DNA of 64,000 bases, from assembly GCA_963666115.2 (NCBI GenBank), contig CAXXET010000007.1:1-64000 (forward strand), written 5' to 3'. The stretch comes from Dehalococcoidia bacterium. GTDB taxonomy: Bacteria > Chloroflexota > Dehalococcoidia > UBA6926. The position numbers and the translations under genes are program-made. The notes below the pieces were generated by a model, which did no database searches, was not told the origin of the DNA, and worked only from the letters and a program-made list of their open reading frames with translations. Positions 55,867 through 64,000 of the stretch are shown here, one piece after another; the first letter of the stretch is position 1; every line of letters begins with the position of its first letter.

Positions 55867-57084
55867 ATGGATTTTCGATTTTCAGCCGAGGACGAGGCGC
55901 TCCGACAAGAGGCGATGGAATTCACGCGGCGTGAGTGGGACGCCAAGGGAATGGGCGACGGCCAGGGCATCTACTACGCCCTTTCCTGGGACCATGAGAA
56001 CCATGAGCTTGAGTCCATGATCAACGGCTTCGAGAAGAAGCTGGCCAACAAGGGCTGGTGGACGATGCACTGGCCGACGGAATACGGCGGCAAGGGCGCG
56101 GGCATCGAGACGCAGATGGCGTACCGGGAGGCGATGGTCTACGCGGGCGCGCCGGCCACGCTGGGCGGGGGACTGGTGGCGCCGGTCCTGATGGTGCACG
56201 GGACGGACGAGCAGAAGGAGTATTTCCTGCCGCGCATCGCCAACGCGGACATCTCGTACATCTCACAGGGTTTCTCCGAGCCGGACTCCGGTTCGGACCT
56301 CGCAAGCCTGCAGACGCGCGCCGTGCGCGACGGGGACGACTACGTCATCAACGGCCAGAAGATCTGGAGCACGTACAAGGCCAAGTTCATCCACATCCTG
56401 GTGCGGACGGATCCGGAGCAGCCCAAGCACCGCGGCATCACGTACCTGCTGGCGCGGCTGAAGGACGAGGACGGGAACTATCTGCCCGGCATCAAGGTGA
56501 ACGCGATCCCCGACGCGCTGGGACGGCATCGGTGGGACGAGGTGTTCTTCGAGGACTGGCGGGTGCCGTCCAACAACATCATCGGTGAGGAGAATCGCGG
56601 CTGGTACGCGGCGATGACGACGCTGAGCTTCGAGCGGTCGAACATCGAGGGGCCGGCGATGCTGATTCGCATCATGGAGGACTTTATCGACTACGCGCGG
56701 AACGTGCGGCAGCACGGAGACAGCCCGCTGGACAACCCCGTCGTGAGGCACCAGATTGCCAACCTTCGGCTGGAGATCGAGGCGATGCGGATGCTGTCGT
56801 ACCGCGTGGGCTGGATGCAAAGCCAGGGCGAGATTCCGGTGCGCGAGGCGTCCATGACCAAGTTCTGGGGCGACGAGATCACGCAGAAGGTGTACCGCTA
56901 CTTCTCCCGCGTGCTGGGCGATTACGGGCAGGTGCTGCCGACGACGGAGCTGCCGCTCAGACTGCCCGTGGATGGGTTCCTGAACTCCAATGCGACCAGC
57001 ACAATCGGCATCAGCATCGCAGGCGGCACAACCGAGGTCCAGAAAAACATCATCGCCCAACGCGGCCTGGGCCTGCCACGGTAG
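55867..57084 (+). CDS. Acyl-CoA dehydrogenase family, catalytic-type subunit
   Basis: GFSEPDSGSDLASL, TTLSFER, AGGTTEVQKNIIAQRGLGLPR. Confidence 0.9.
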   Translation: MDFRFSAEDEALRQEAMEFTRREWDAKGMGDGQGIYYALSWDHENHELESMINGFEKKLANKGWWTMHWPTEYGGKGAGIETQMAYREAMVYAGAPATLGGGLVAPVLMVHGTDEQKEYFLPRIANADISYISQGFSEPDSGSDLASLQTRAVRDGDDYVINGQKIWSTYKAKFIHILVRTDPEQPKHRGITYLLARLKDEDGNYLPGIKVNAIPDALGRHRWDEVFFEDWRVPSNNIIGEENRGWYAAMTTLSFERSNIEGPAMLIRIMEDFIDYARNVRQHGDSPLDNPVVRHQIANLRLEIEAMRMLSYRVGWMQSQGEIPVREASMTKFWGDEITQKVYRYFSRVLGDYGQVLPTTELPLRLPVDGFLNSNATSTIGISIAGGTTEVQKNIIAQRGLGLPR

Positions 57085-57109
57085 CGGGGCGGAAGGCTTC
57101 CACTCCAGA

Positions 57110-58000
57110 CTAGGCTTTAGCCAAGCGAACAGTGCGCGTGTTCTCCAGCCGCTCTCCTGCCGTCTTGATGGCCGCAGGGTTGTCGTCTATCCCTATCCAG
57201 CGGCGGTTGAGACTCCCTGCGGCGACGAGGGTGGTGCCGGAGCCGCAGAAGGGGTCCAGGACGAGATCGCCCTCGTTTGTGCTGGCGGAGATGATGCGCT
57301 CGTAGAGGGCTAATGGTTTCTGCGTCGGGTAGCCGGTGCGCTCCTTCGCCATGTTGTTGAGCGAGGGAATGTCCCAGACGTCCGTGGCTCCTTTCATTTG
57401 GCCTTTCAGTCTTTGGGACGTGGCCGGCGTCTGCGGCTTGTTGAACGTGTACCTGTCCGATTTGGTGTAGAAGAGAATCACGTCGTGCTTGCTGGAGTAG
57501 CGCCTGGGAGATGAGCCGCCGAGGCCATAGCTCCAGATAATCTCGTTGCGGAAGTTGGCGACGCCGAACACCGCATCCAGGAGCTGTTTCAAATAGTGGC
57601 TGGACGTGGGATCGCAATGGACATATATGCTGCCGTCACTCTTGAGCACGCGCCGCATCTCCACCAACCGCACGGCCATAAAGCAGAGAAACGCTGCCAT
57701 GTCATCGCCGTAAGTTGCCCGCGACGCCTCGATGACGCTCAAGGCCGCAGGGCAGGCATCGGCAAGTATCGCCGCCCATTCAGGGTCCACGTCGCGCTCC
57801 CATTGCCAGCGGTCTTTAAATTGGGCGTTGGCGGCGGGGCGTTCGGAGTCGGTGCGTATCTCGCGGCCCTTGTTGAACGGGGGATCAGTGGCGATCAGGT
57901 GGATAGATTCCGATTCCAGGGAGCGCAAGACTGGCAGATTATCGCCTTGGTGGAGGATGTTGGCCTGGATAGCCTTAGTTGACTCGCGCAGGGCTTTCAT
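57110..58000 (-). CDS. Orphan beta-class N4/N6 DNA methyltransferase
   Basis: TDPPFN, YPTQKP, VLDPFCGSGTT, RRWIGID. Confidence 0.9.
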   Translation of the reverse strand: MKALRESTKAIQANILHQGDNLPVLRSLESESIHLIATDPPFNKGREIRTDSERPAANAQFKDRWQWERDVDPEWAAILADACPAALSVIEASRATYGDDMAAFLCFMAVRLVEMRRVLKSDGSIYVHCDPTSSHYLKQLLDAVFGVANFRNEIIWSYGLGGSSPRRYSSKHDVILFYTKSDRYTFNKPQTPATSQRLKGQMKGATDVWDIPSLNNMAKERTGYPTQKPLALYERIISASTNEGDLVLDPFCGSGTTLVAAGSLNRRWIGIDDNPAAIKTAGERLENTRTVRLAKA

Positions 58001-58229
58001 TCATCACCCGCGCATGGAGGACATCATGGGAGGTGACTGCACGGATCTGGTTGGGCGTAACAGTTGCGATCGCCGTGGTGGCTCCATTCACTCCCACGAA
58101 CTCAAGCACATAGGCTTCGGCCCTAGGATGTACGTGAATCACTACACCGACGTCCCCGGGCAACATCATTCCCCCGTCGTCGTCCTTGACGGGTTCCGTG
58201 AGAATGACTCGCGAGTGTTCCTTGTACAT
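57975..58229 (-). CDS. DUF4926 family protein
   Basis: KEH..V.L...PGDVG.VIHV....AY.LEF....G.T.A..TV...QIR. Confidence 0.8.
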   Translation of the reverse strand: MYKEHSRVILTEPVKDDDGGMMLPGDVGVVIHVHPRAEAYVLEFVGVNGATTAIATVTPNQIRAVTSHDVLHARVMNESPARVN

Positions 58230-58238
58230 GATGCACCA

Positions 58239-58571
58239 TTAGACAGCATGCGCAGTGATTAGTCTAGGGAAGTCTGTTCCGACGTCAAACTGCCAGACAG
58301 TCTGAACAAGATGCTCGCTGCCATCTGGCAAGCGCATATTGCCTTCAACTGTGTACCTCGTTCCCCAGGGGGTCTCCTGCATCTTTATGACCGAGTGTTC
58401 CTGGCCATGCCTGAATAGCGCGTCAACAAGCTCATTAGGTTGCTCTCGCCTAAAGCCATGATCCGTAAAGAACTTGGCCTTGGGGGCTCCGTCCGGATGG
58501 TCAAGCGCCAGCAAATAGTCGCTCGATTTTTCCCAGGGAACTACCGCACGCTCACGCTCGGGTAAATTCAA
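58239..58571 (-). CDS. DUF6883 family protein (putative toxin/nuclease domain)
   Basis: LP..E.A.V..EK..DYLL..DHP.G..KAKFF...GF, TPWG.RY.VEG, TVWQ....D.PRLITA. Confidence 0.78.
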   Translation of the reverse strand: MNLPERERAVVPWEKSSDYLLALDHPDGAPKAKFFTDHGFRREQPNELVDALFRHGQEHSVIKMQETPWGTRYTVEGNMRLPDGSEHLVQTVWQFDVGTDFPRLITAHAV

Positions 58572-58583
58572 TGCACGACCCTG

Positions 58584-59981
58584 CTAAAACGCCGGGCCCT
58601 CCGAGAGAGGAAATGGCATCTGAACGTCCGGGTATTTCTCCTGGAGGTGCTTCCATGCCCGATGCGCCAACTCCTCGCCGCGTTGCAGAATGTCGTCCTC
58701 ATCGACATGCAGCAGCTTGCGGTCGCGCATCACCCAGTTGCCCGCCACCATGACCGACTCCACGTCGGACGCCTGCCCGTTGTTGACGAAGTCGGATATG
58801 ACGCGCAGGACCGGCACCATGTGGGCGCGGCGCAGATCTGAGATGAAGAGGTCTGCCTGCTTGCCTACCTCAAGCGAGCCGAGCGTCTCATCCATGCCCA
58901 TGATGCGCGCGCCGCCGATGGTGGCCCAGTCCATCAACTTTTCAGGGGACGGGCTGAACGGGTCATCACGCCGAACACGCTCGACAAAGTAGCCGGTTCG
59001 GACGGCCTCCACCATATCCTCGGCCATGTTGTCCGTGCCAATCCCGATCACGGCGCCGGCCTCTTCAAGGTCCAGCGCGGGCGCCGCCGCGCCGCGGCGG
59101 GCGGCGATAGCAGGGTTGTTGGAGATTCCCGTGCCGTGCCGCCCAAGCGCCTGTATCTCGGATTCGACGATCTCGCGGCAGTGCGCCACAACGAGGCGCG
59201 GGCCCAAAAATTCATTCTGCTCCAGGTAGTGCGTAGGCAGCACGCCCCACGCCGCCATGACGCCCGCCACCTCCTGCTTGCTCTGGGAGAGGTGGATGGT
59301 GTAGCCGACGCCGCGCTCTTCCGCCAATTCGCGCGAGCGGCGCAGCATGGCCGGAGAGACGGAATCGGTCGTTGACGGCGAGAAATAGACGGTCAACCGA
59401 CCGTCCGCCTTGCCGTGCCACGCCTCATAGACATCGACTGCGCGCTGGTAGGCTTGCTCTGCCAGTTCTTCGGAGAAGTCTGCGGATGACTTGAGGAGGG
59501 TTCCGGCGCTGATGACGTTGTAGTTGACGTCCGTCATGGATTCGGTAAGAACGAATCGCGCGCCGGTGTCGGCCAACTGCTGCGCGTAGTTGGATATACC
59601 CCTGCCCTGCTCGAAGAACGTGGTCGTGCCGCTGCGGATGCCCTCGATTGCGCCGAGCAGCGCGAATACCTGCATCTCCTCGGCGGACAGCATGGCCGCA
59701 ACCTGCTCCGGGAAACGGAGCGGGGAGGGGAAGCCCAGGTCTTCCAGGATGCCCCTGCTCAACGTCGCGGTCAGGTGCGTATGGCAATTGAAAAAGCCGG
59801 GGAATACCGCCTTGCCGCGCGCCGAAATCATCTCGGCGTTTGGGTGGGCGCTGACGACCTCGTCAGTCGGGCCGACGGCGGCAATGTTGCCGTCATCGCC
59901 GATGGCAATCGCGCCATCGTGGATGATACGGCCTTCTGGGTCGGACGTAACGATGATGGTGTTGTGAATTACGGTTGCCAT
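58584..59981 (-). CDS. Amidohydrolase family protein (MTA/SAH deaminase-like)
   Basis: PGFFNCHTH, SGTT, IHLSQ, AHC, GTDN, GSLEVGKQAD. Confidence 0.9.
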   Translation of the reverse strand: MATVIHNTIIVTSDPEGRIIHDGAIAIGDDGNIAAVGPTDEVVSAHPNAEMISARGKAVFPGFFNCHTHLTATLSRGILEDLGFPSPLRFPEQVAAMLSAEEMQVFALLGAIEGIRSGTTTFFEQGRGISNYAQQLADTGARFVLTESMTDVNYNVISAGTLLKSSADFSEELAEQAYQRAVDVYEAWHGKADGRLTVYFSPSTTDSVSPAMLRRSRELAEERGVGYTIHLSQSKQEVAGVMAAWGVLPTHYLEQNEFLGPRLVVAHCREIVESEIQALGRHGTGISNNPAIAARRGAAAPALDLEEAGAVIGIGTDNMAEDMVEAVRTGYFVERVRRDDPFSPSPEKLMDWATIGGARIMGMDETLGSLEVGKQADLFISDLRRAHMVPVLRVISDFVNNGQASDVESVMVAGNWVMRDRKLLHVDEDDILQRGEELAHRAWKHLQEKYPDVQMPFPLSEGPAF

Positions 59982-59993
59982 TGCTGTTCCCTC

Positions 59994-61832
59994 CTAGCTC
60001 TGCGCGAGCAGGCGCGCGGCCGCCTCGATGTGGGCGGCGTCGATGCCTGCGGCGGACAGCAGGTCCGCGGGCTTGCCGGAGCCCGGCATCCCCTGCACTG
60101 CCAGCTTGATAACGCGCGGCGGCGACGCAAGGCCGCCCAGCGCCGCAAGCACGGCGTCGCCGATTCCGCCCTCTGCCCAATGGTCTTCAACGGTCAGGAG
60201 CGTGCCCGTGTCATTCGCGGCGGCTTCAAGGGTCGCCGCGTCAATGGGTTTGACCGAGTAGAGGTCAATGAGCCGAACGTTGATGCCGTCGGCTGCCATT
60301 GCATCAACGGCCTTGAGCGACTCATGGACGGTGATGCCTGCTGCCACGATCGTGAGCTTGTCATCGTCTGAGGATCGGAGCACGCGGGAGCCGCCCACGC
60401 GGAATATCTCATCAGGCTCGTAGAGAATGGGCGTCGCTTCACGTGTTGTCCGGATGTAGGAGATGCCGTCAATATCGGCCATTGCCGCGACAAGCTGCGC
60501 CGCCTGGTTGCCGTCCGAGGGGTAGAGCACCGTGCTCCCGTGAATGGCGCGCATCATGGCGATGTCCTCAAGGGCCATCTGCGACGGGCCGTCTTCTCCG
60601 ATGGAGACGCCCGCGTGAGAGCCGGACAGCCGGATGTTGGCGCGGCTGACGGACGCCATGCGGATGAAGTCATACGCCCGGGTCAGGAACGCGGCAAAGG
60701 TGGACACGTACGGCGTCCAACCCCGCACCTGCATCCCAACGGCGGCCGCAACCGCCTGCTGCTCCGCGATATAGCACTCGAAGAACCGGTCGGGGTGCGC
60801 CTTGCCAAAGATGTCCGCGTGCGTGGAATTGCTCACCTCTCCATCCAGCGCCACAACGTCCCCTCTGCGTCCTCCAACCGCTGCCAGCGCATCGCCGTAG
60901 GCGCGTCGTGTCGCCATGCGTGAGCCAACCTCGTATTTCGGGAGTCCGCCGCTTGGCGTGACACGAAAGACGTTGGCCTCAACCGAATTGGCGGGCATCT
61001 GCACTGTCACGGTCGCGCCGGTGCCGCCTCCAAGCTCCGTGATGGCGGTTTCCGCGTCCGCGATGGGCCTGCCATGAAAGCCGTCCTTGTTCTCAACCGC
61101 CGACGCGCCGCGTCCCTTCATGGTTCTGGCAATGACGGCAGTCGGACGGCCTTCGGTGGCAACGGCCTCCTGGAAAGCGGCGTTGACGGCGTCAACGTCA
61201 TGGCCGTCGATCTCGACGGTATGCCAGCCGAACGCCTGCAGGCGGGCTGCGTACGCGCCGGTATCCCACCCGTACATGGTCTCGCCGCGCTGCCCCAGCC
61301 GGTTCACGTCGATGATGGCAGTCAGGTTGTCCAGGTTCCAAAAGGCGGCGTGCTCAACCGCCTCCCACATGGAACCCTCCGCCATCTCGCTGTCGCCGCA
61401 GAAGACCCACACGCGGTACGGCAGCTTATCGAGCCGCTTGCCCGCCAATGCGATGCCAACGGCAATCGGCAGCCCCTGCCCAAGCGAGCCCGTGGCCACG
61501 TCGATGGTTGGGAGATTGGGAACGGGGTGCCCCTCGAGGCGGCTGCCCGCCGTGCGATAGGTCAGGAACTCCTCTTCATCGATGACGCCAGCAGCTTTCA
61601 ACATGCTGTAGATCAGCGGCGAGGCATGTCCCTTGGAAAAGACGAGGTGATCGTTGTTGGGGGCATCGGGGCGTTCAAGGTCGTACCGGAGATAATCGCT
61701 CAGCAGGACTGACGCCAGGTCAGCCGACGACATGCTGGACGTCGGATGGCCGGAACTCGCCTGCGCGGCCACGCGCACGGAATCAACCCTGAGCTGTTGC
61801 GCGAGACTCTCCCACGCTGCGACATCACCCAT
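59994..61832 (-). CDS. tkt: Transketolase (short, about 612-aa type)
   Basis: SGHPTSSMS, SKGHA, ATGSLGQG, GDSE.AEG, IAEQ, GEDGPSQ, VEDH. Start set at ATG 61832. Confidence 0.93.
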   Translation of the reverse strand: MGDVAAWESLAQQLRVDSVRVAAQASSGHPTSSMSSADLASVLLSDYLRYDLERPDAPNNDHLVFSKGHASPLIYSMLKAAGVIDEEEFLTYRTAGSRLEGHPVPNLPTIDVATGSLGQGLPIAVGIALAGKRLDKLPYRVWVFCGDSEMAEGSMWEAVEHAAFWNLDNLTAIIDVNRLGQRGETMYGWDTGAYAARLQAFGWHTVEIDGHDVDAVNAAFQEAVATEGRPTAVIARTMKGRGASAVENKDGFHGRPIADAETAITELGGGTGATVTVQMPANSVEANVFRVTPSGGLPKYEVGSRMATRRAYGDALAAVGGRRGDVVALDGEVSNSTHADIFGKAHPDRFFECYIAEQQAVAAAVGMQVRGWTPYVSTFAAFLTRAYDFIRMASVSRANIRLSGSHAGVSIGEDGPSQMALEDIAMMRAIHGSTVLYPSDGNQAAQLVAAMADIDGISYIRTTREATPILYEPDEIFRVGGSRVLRSSDDDKLTIVAAGITVHESLKAVDAMAADGINVRLIDLYSVKPIDAATLEAAANDTGTLLTVEDHWAEGGIGDAVLAALGGLASPPRVIKLAVQGMPGSGKPADLLSAAGIDAAHIEAAARLLAQS

Positions 61833-61916
61833 TGAACCGCCCCTCCTTCGCCTCACCTGCCCTACCCGTCATCATCAACTTTTTTGTGCCTCGTATCAAT
61901 GATGACTGGCTGAGAA

Positions 61917-61946
61917 TTGACCCTCAACCGCCGCGACGCCGATAAT
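61917..61946 (+). promoter_or_regulatory. Putative sigma70 promoter
   Basis: TTGACC-18 nt-GATAAT, implying a very short leader before ATG 61960. Confidence 0.45.
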
Positions 61947-61959
61947 GCGCCCATATCCC

Positions 61960-63042
61960 ATGGCCGTACGCACTGTTCAGGGCAGGACGCCCACCATCCA
62001 TCCCACCGCGTGGATCGCCGAGAACGCCTATCTGATGGGCGACGTTGAGGTTCACGAGGGCGCGAGCATTTGGCCGGGCGCGGTGCTGCGCGCGGAGGGC
62101 GGACGCATCATCGTTCGCCGCAACGCCGCCGTCCTGGAACGCGCCGTCGTTCACGGCGGCGGAGTCGGCGCAATCTCCGGCACGACGGAGATCGCCGAGG
62201 GCGCGCACGTCGGCGTCGGCGCGATGGTGCATTCTATGGGCGTCGGACGGTTCACCCGCGTCGGCGACAACGCAACAGTGCTCGAAGCGGCAGCGGTCGG
62301 CGAGTGGTGCTGGATCGAACCCCGCGCCGTCGTCCTGCCCCGCGCCGTCATTCCGCACAATTCCCGCGTCTCCGGCATCCCCGGCGTCGCAATCAGGACA
62401 ATCAACGACTGGGAGCAGCGCATCCTCTCCGTGCAGGGCCACAACACGAACGCCCGCGCGGCGCAGCATCGCGCTGCCGAGGCTGATGGAGGCTCATCGA
62501 TGATCCGACCTTTCAATGGAAAAACGCCGAAGATTCACCCCACCGCGTGGGTGAGCGAGGCGGCATATATCGTCGGGGACGTGGAGATTGGCGAGCAATG
62601 CACCATCTTCCCCGGCGCGGTGATTCGCGGCGACATGGGCAAGATCGTCATCGGTGACCGCACCAACGTGCAGGACAACGCCGTCGTCCACGCGAACGGC
62701 GACATCACGATCGGCACGGACAATACACTCGGCCACGCCATAACGTTTCACGGGCGCAAGCTCGGCGACCACTGCCTGATTGGGAACAACTCGACGGTGT
62801 CGGAGGGCGTGGAGATCGGCGATTTCTGCGTGGTGGCGGCGGGCGGCGCCGTCGCGCCGTACGCAATCATCCCCGATGACTCATTCGCGGCCGGCGTGCC
62901 GGCGGAGGTTCTGTGGCAGACGGAGCCGGCGCGCCGCGCGCAGATGGCGGAAAGCGGCGGCCAGTACTACGCCCGCCTCGCCGCCGCCTACCAGGCAGAC
63001 GGCCTCGGCTCGTGGCCCCCTGGAGAAAACCCGCCAGGGTAG
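61960..63042 (+). CDS. Tandem gamma-carbonic anhydrase-like (PaaY/CaiE/YrdA family) protein
   Basis: Two hexapeptide-repeat domains, each starting with G.TP.IHPTAW..E.AY..GDVE. Confidence 0.85.
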   Translation: MAVRTVQGRTPTIHPTAWIAENAYLMGDVEVHEGASIWPGAVLRAEGGRIIVRRNAAVLERAVVHGGGVGAISGTTEIAEGAHVGVGAMVHSMGVGRFTRVGDNATVLEAAAVGEWCWIEPRAVVLPRAVIPHNSRVSGIPGVAIRTINDWEQRILSVQGHNTNARAAQHRAAEADGGSSMIRPFNGKTPKIHPTAWVSEAAYIVGDVEIGEQCTIFPGAVIRGDMGKIVIGDRTNVQDNAVVHANGDITIGTDNTLGHAITFHGRKLGDHCLIGNNSTVSEGVEIGDFCVVAAGGAVAPYAIIPDDSFAAGVPAEVLWQTEPARRAQMAESGGQYYARLAAAYQADGLGSWPPGENPPG

Positions 63043-63049
63043 GCGCTCC

Positions 63050-63739
63050 TCAGTCCGGCAGCGCGCTTTCCGCCAGCCGCCTAATCGCCGCTATCCGTTC
63101 CCCCACCGCCTCCGCGCGCCCATACACCGCCGTGCCCGCCACCAGCAGCCGCGCCCCTGCCCTCGCCACCCGCGCCGCCGTGCTCTCGTTGATGCCGCCG
63201 TCTACTTCCAGTTCAACGTCCGCGCCGCGCTCGTCGATGAGTTTCCGCATCTGCGCGATTTTTAATTCCATTTCGGGTATGTACGGCTGTCCGCCGTAGC
63301 CCGGCTCCACCGTCATCACCAGCGCGACGGCGATCTGATCCAACAGCGGCTCAATCACGTCGATAGGCGTTCCGGGTTTCACGGCCACCCCCGCCTTCGC
63401 GCCCGTCTCCCGCACCGCCGCCACCGTCCCCGCCAGGTCCGCGCACGCCTCCGCATGAACAACGATGATGTCGGCGCCCGCCGCGGCGATGTCCGCAGCC
63501 TGTCGCCCCGGCTCCTCCACCATCATGTGAACGTCCAGCGGAATGCCGTCCGCGTAGGGTTTGATTGCGGCGATCATCTGCGCGCCGAACGTGATCGGCG
63601 GCACGAACCGGCCGTCCATCACGTCCACGTGGATATAGTCCGCGCCGCCCTGCGCCGCCGCTGCCACCTCCTCGCCAAGCCGCGCAAAGTCCGCCGCAAG
63701 GATCGACGGCGCAATCTTGATGCGGTCGTGATGCGACAT
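63050..63739 (-). CDS. rpe: Ribulose-phosphate 3-epimerase
   Basis: IAPSILAADF, HVDVMDG, DVHMM, MTVEPGYGGQ, EVDGGIN. Confidence 0.96.
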   Translation of the reverse strand: MSHHDRIKIAPSILAADFARLGEEVAAAAQGGADYIHVDVMDGRFVPPITFGAQMIAAIKPYADGIPLDVHMMVEEPGRQAADIAAAGADIIVVHAEACADLAGTVAAVRETGAKAGVAVKPGTPIDVIEPLLDQIAVALVMTVEPGYGGQPYIPEMELKIAQMRKLIDERGADVELEVDGGINESTAARVARAGARLLVAGTAVYGRAEAVGERIAAIRRLAESALPD

Positions 63740-63747
63740 TCAGGCGG

Positions 63748-64000
63748 TCAGCTTTCGTCCGATTCAAGCCGTGAGCGGGCGGCTGCGATAGCCTCACGAA
63801 CGCGATTGGGCGCCGTCCCGCCCGCCACGTCCCGCTTGGCAATGGCGGATTCGACGGTTATGTCCATGACATCATCGCCGAAGTGAGGCGACGCGCGCCG
63901 GTAATCATCGAGCGTCAGATCGCGCAGCTCCCTCCCGTCCGCTATCGCCCCCTCCACCAGGTCATGCACAATGCCGTGCGCCTCCCGGAACGGCACGCCC
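63748..64000 (-). CDS. argH: Argininosuccinate lyase, C-terminal part (partial)
   Basis: GVPFREAH.IV..LV...GGTAP..V; runs in from the window edge. Confidence 0.88.
   Translation of the reverse strand, partial: GVPFREAHGIVHDLVEGAIADGRELRDLTLDDYRRASPHFGDDVMDITVESAIAKRDVAGGTAPNRVREAIAAARSRLESDES

Noticed and set aside
1-64000. tRNA, rRNA, integrase, transposase or prophage genes
   Set aside because: None recognised; the intergenic gaps are short and lack tRNA signatures such as a T-loop GTTCGA in a cloverleaf context.

Overview
High-GC bacterial chromosomal window. The gene content (large acyl-CoA dehydrogenase expansion, Pro/Thr-linker lipoproteins, plant-type LRR lipoprotein, many RM and TA genes) suggests a Chloroflexota/Dehalococcoidia (SAR202-like), possibly host-associated genome; this is inference only. 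Housekeeping genes (panE, upp, trpS, moeA, pheS/pheT, pepN, tkt, rpe, argH) are interspersed with nine acyl-CoA dehydrogenase (ACAD) genes (eight of the catalytic FadE26/FadE29 type, one of the partner FadE27/FadE28 type), two RM loci, an orphan methyltransferase and several intact or decayed TA modules. No rRNA, tRNA, CRISPR array, integrase or transposase was recognised. Main findings: (1) a Type III-like Res subunit whose C-terminus resembles a VapB/Phd-type antitoxin tail, translationally coupled to a VapC PIN toxin lying between res and mod (candidate RM-guarded toxin); (2) a J-domain cargo locus built as two tandem units, each starting with a copy of an ACAD 3' end and ending with a copy of the hicB promoter; (3) an 8:1 ratio of catalytic to partner ACAD subunits, including a subclade with a remodelled C-terminal motif; (4) several items absent from the ORF track: a complete 36-aa small-protein transcription unit, a DUF5615 toxin relic, a HicB-HicA' fusion, and a frameshifted DEAD-box helicase. 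All family assignments come from motif recognition by eye, not from database searches.
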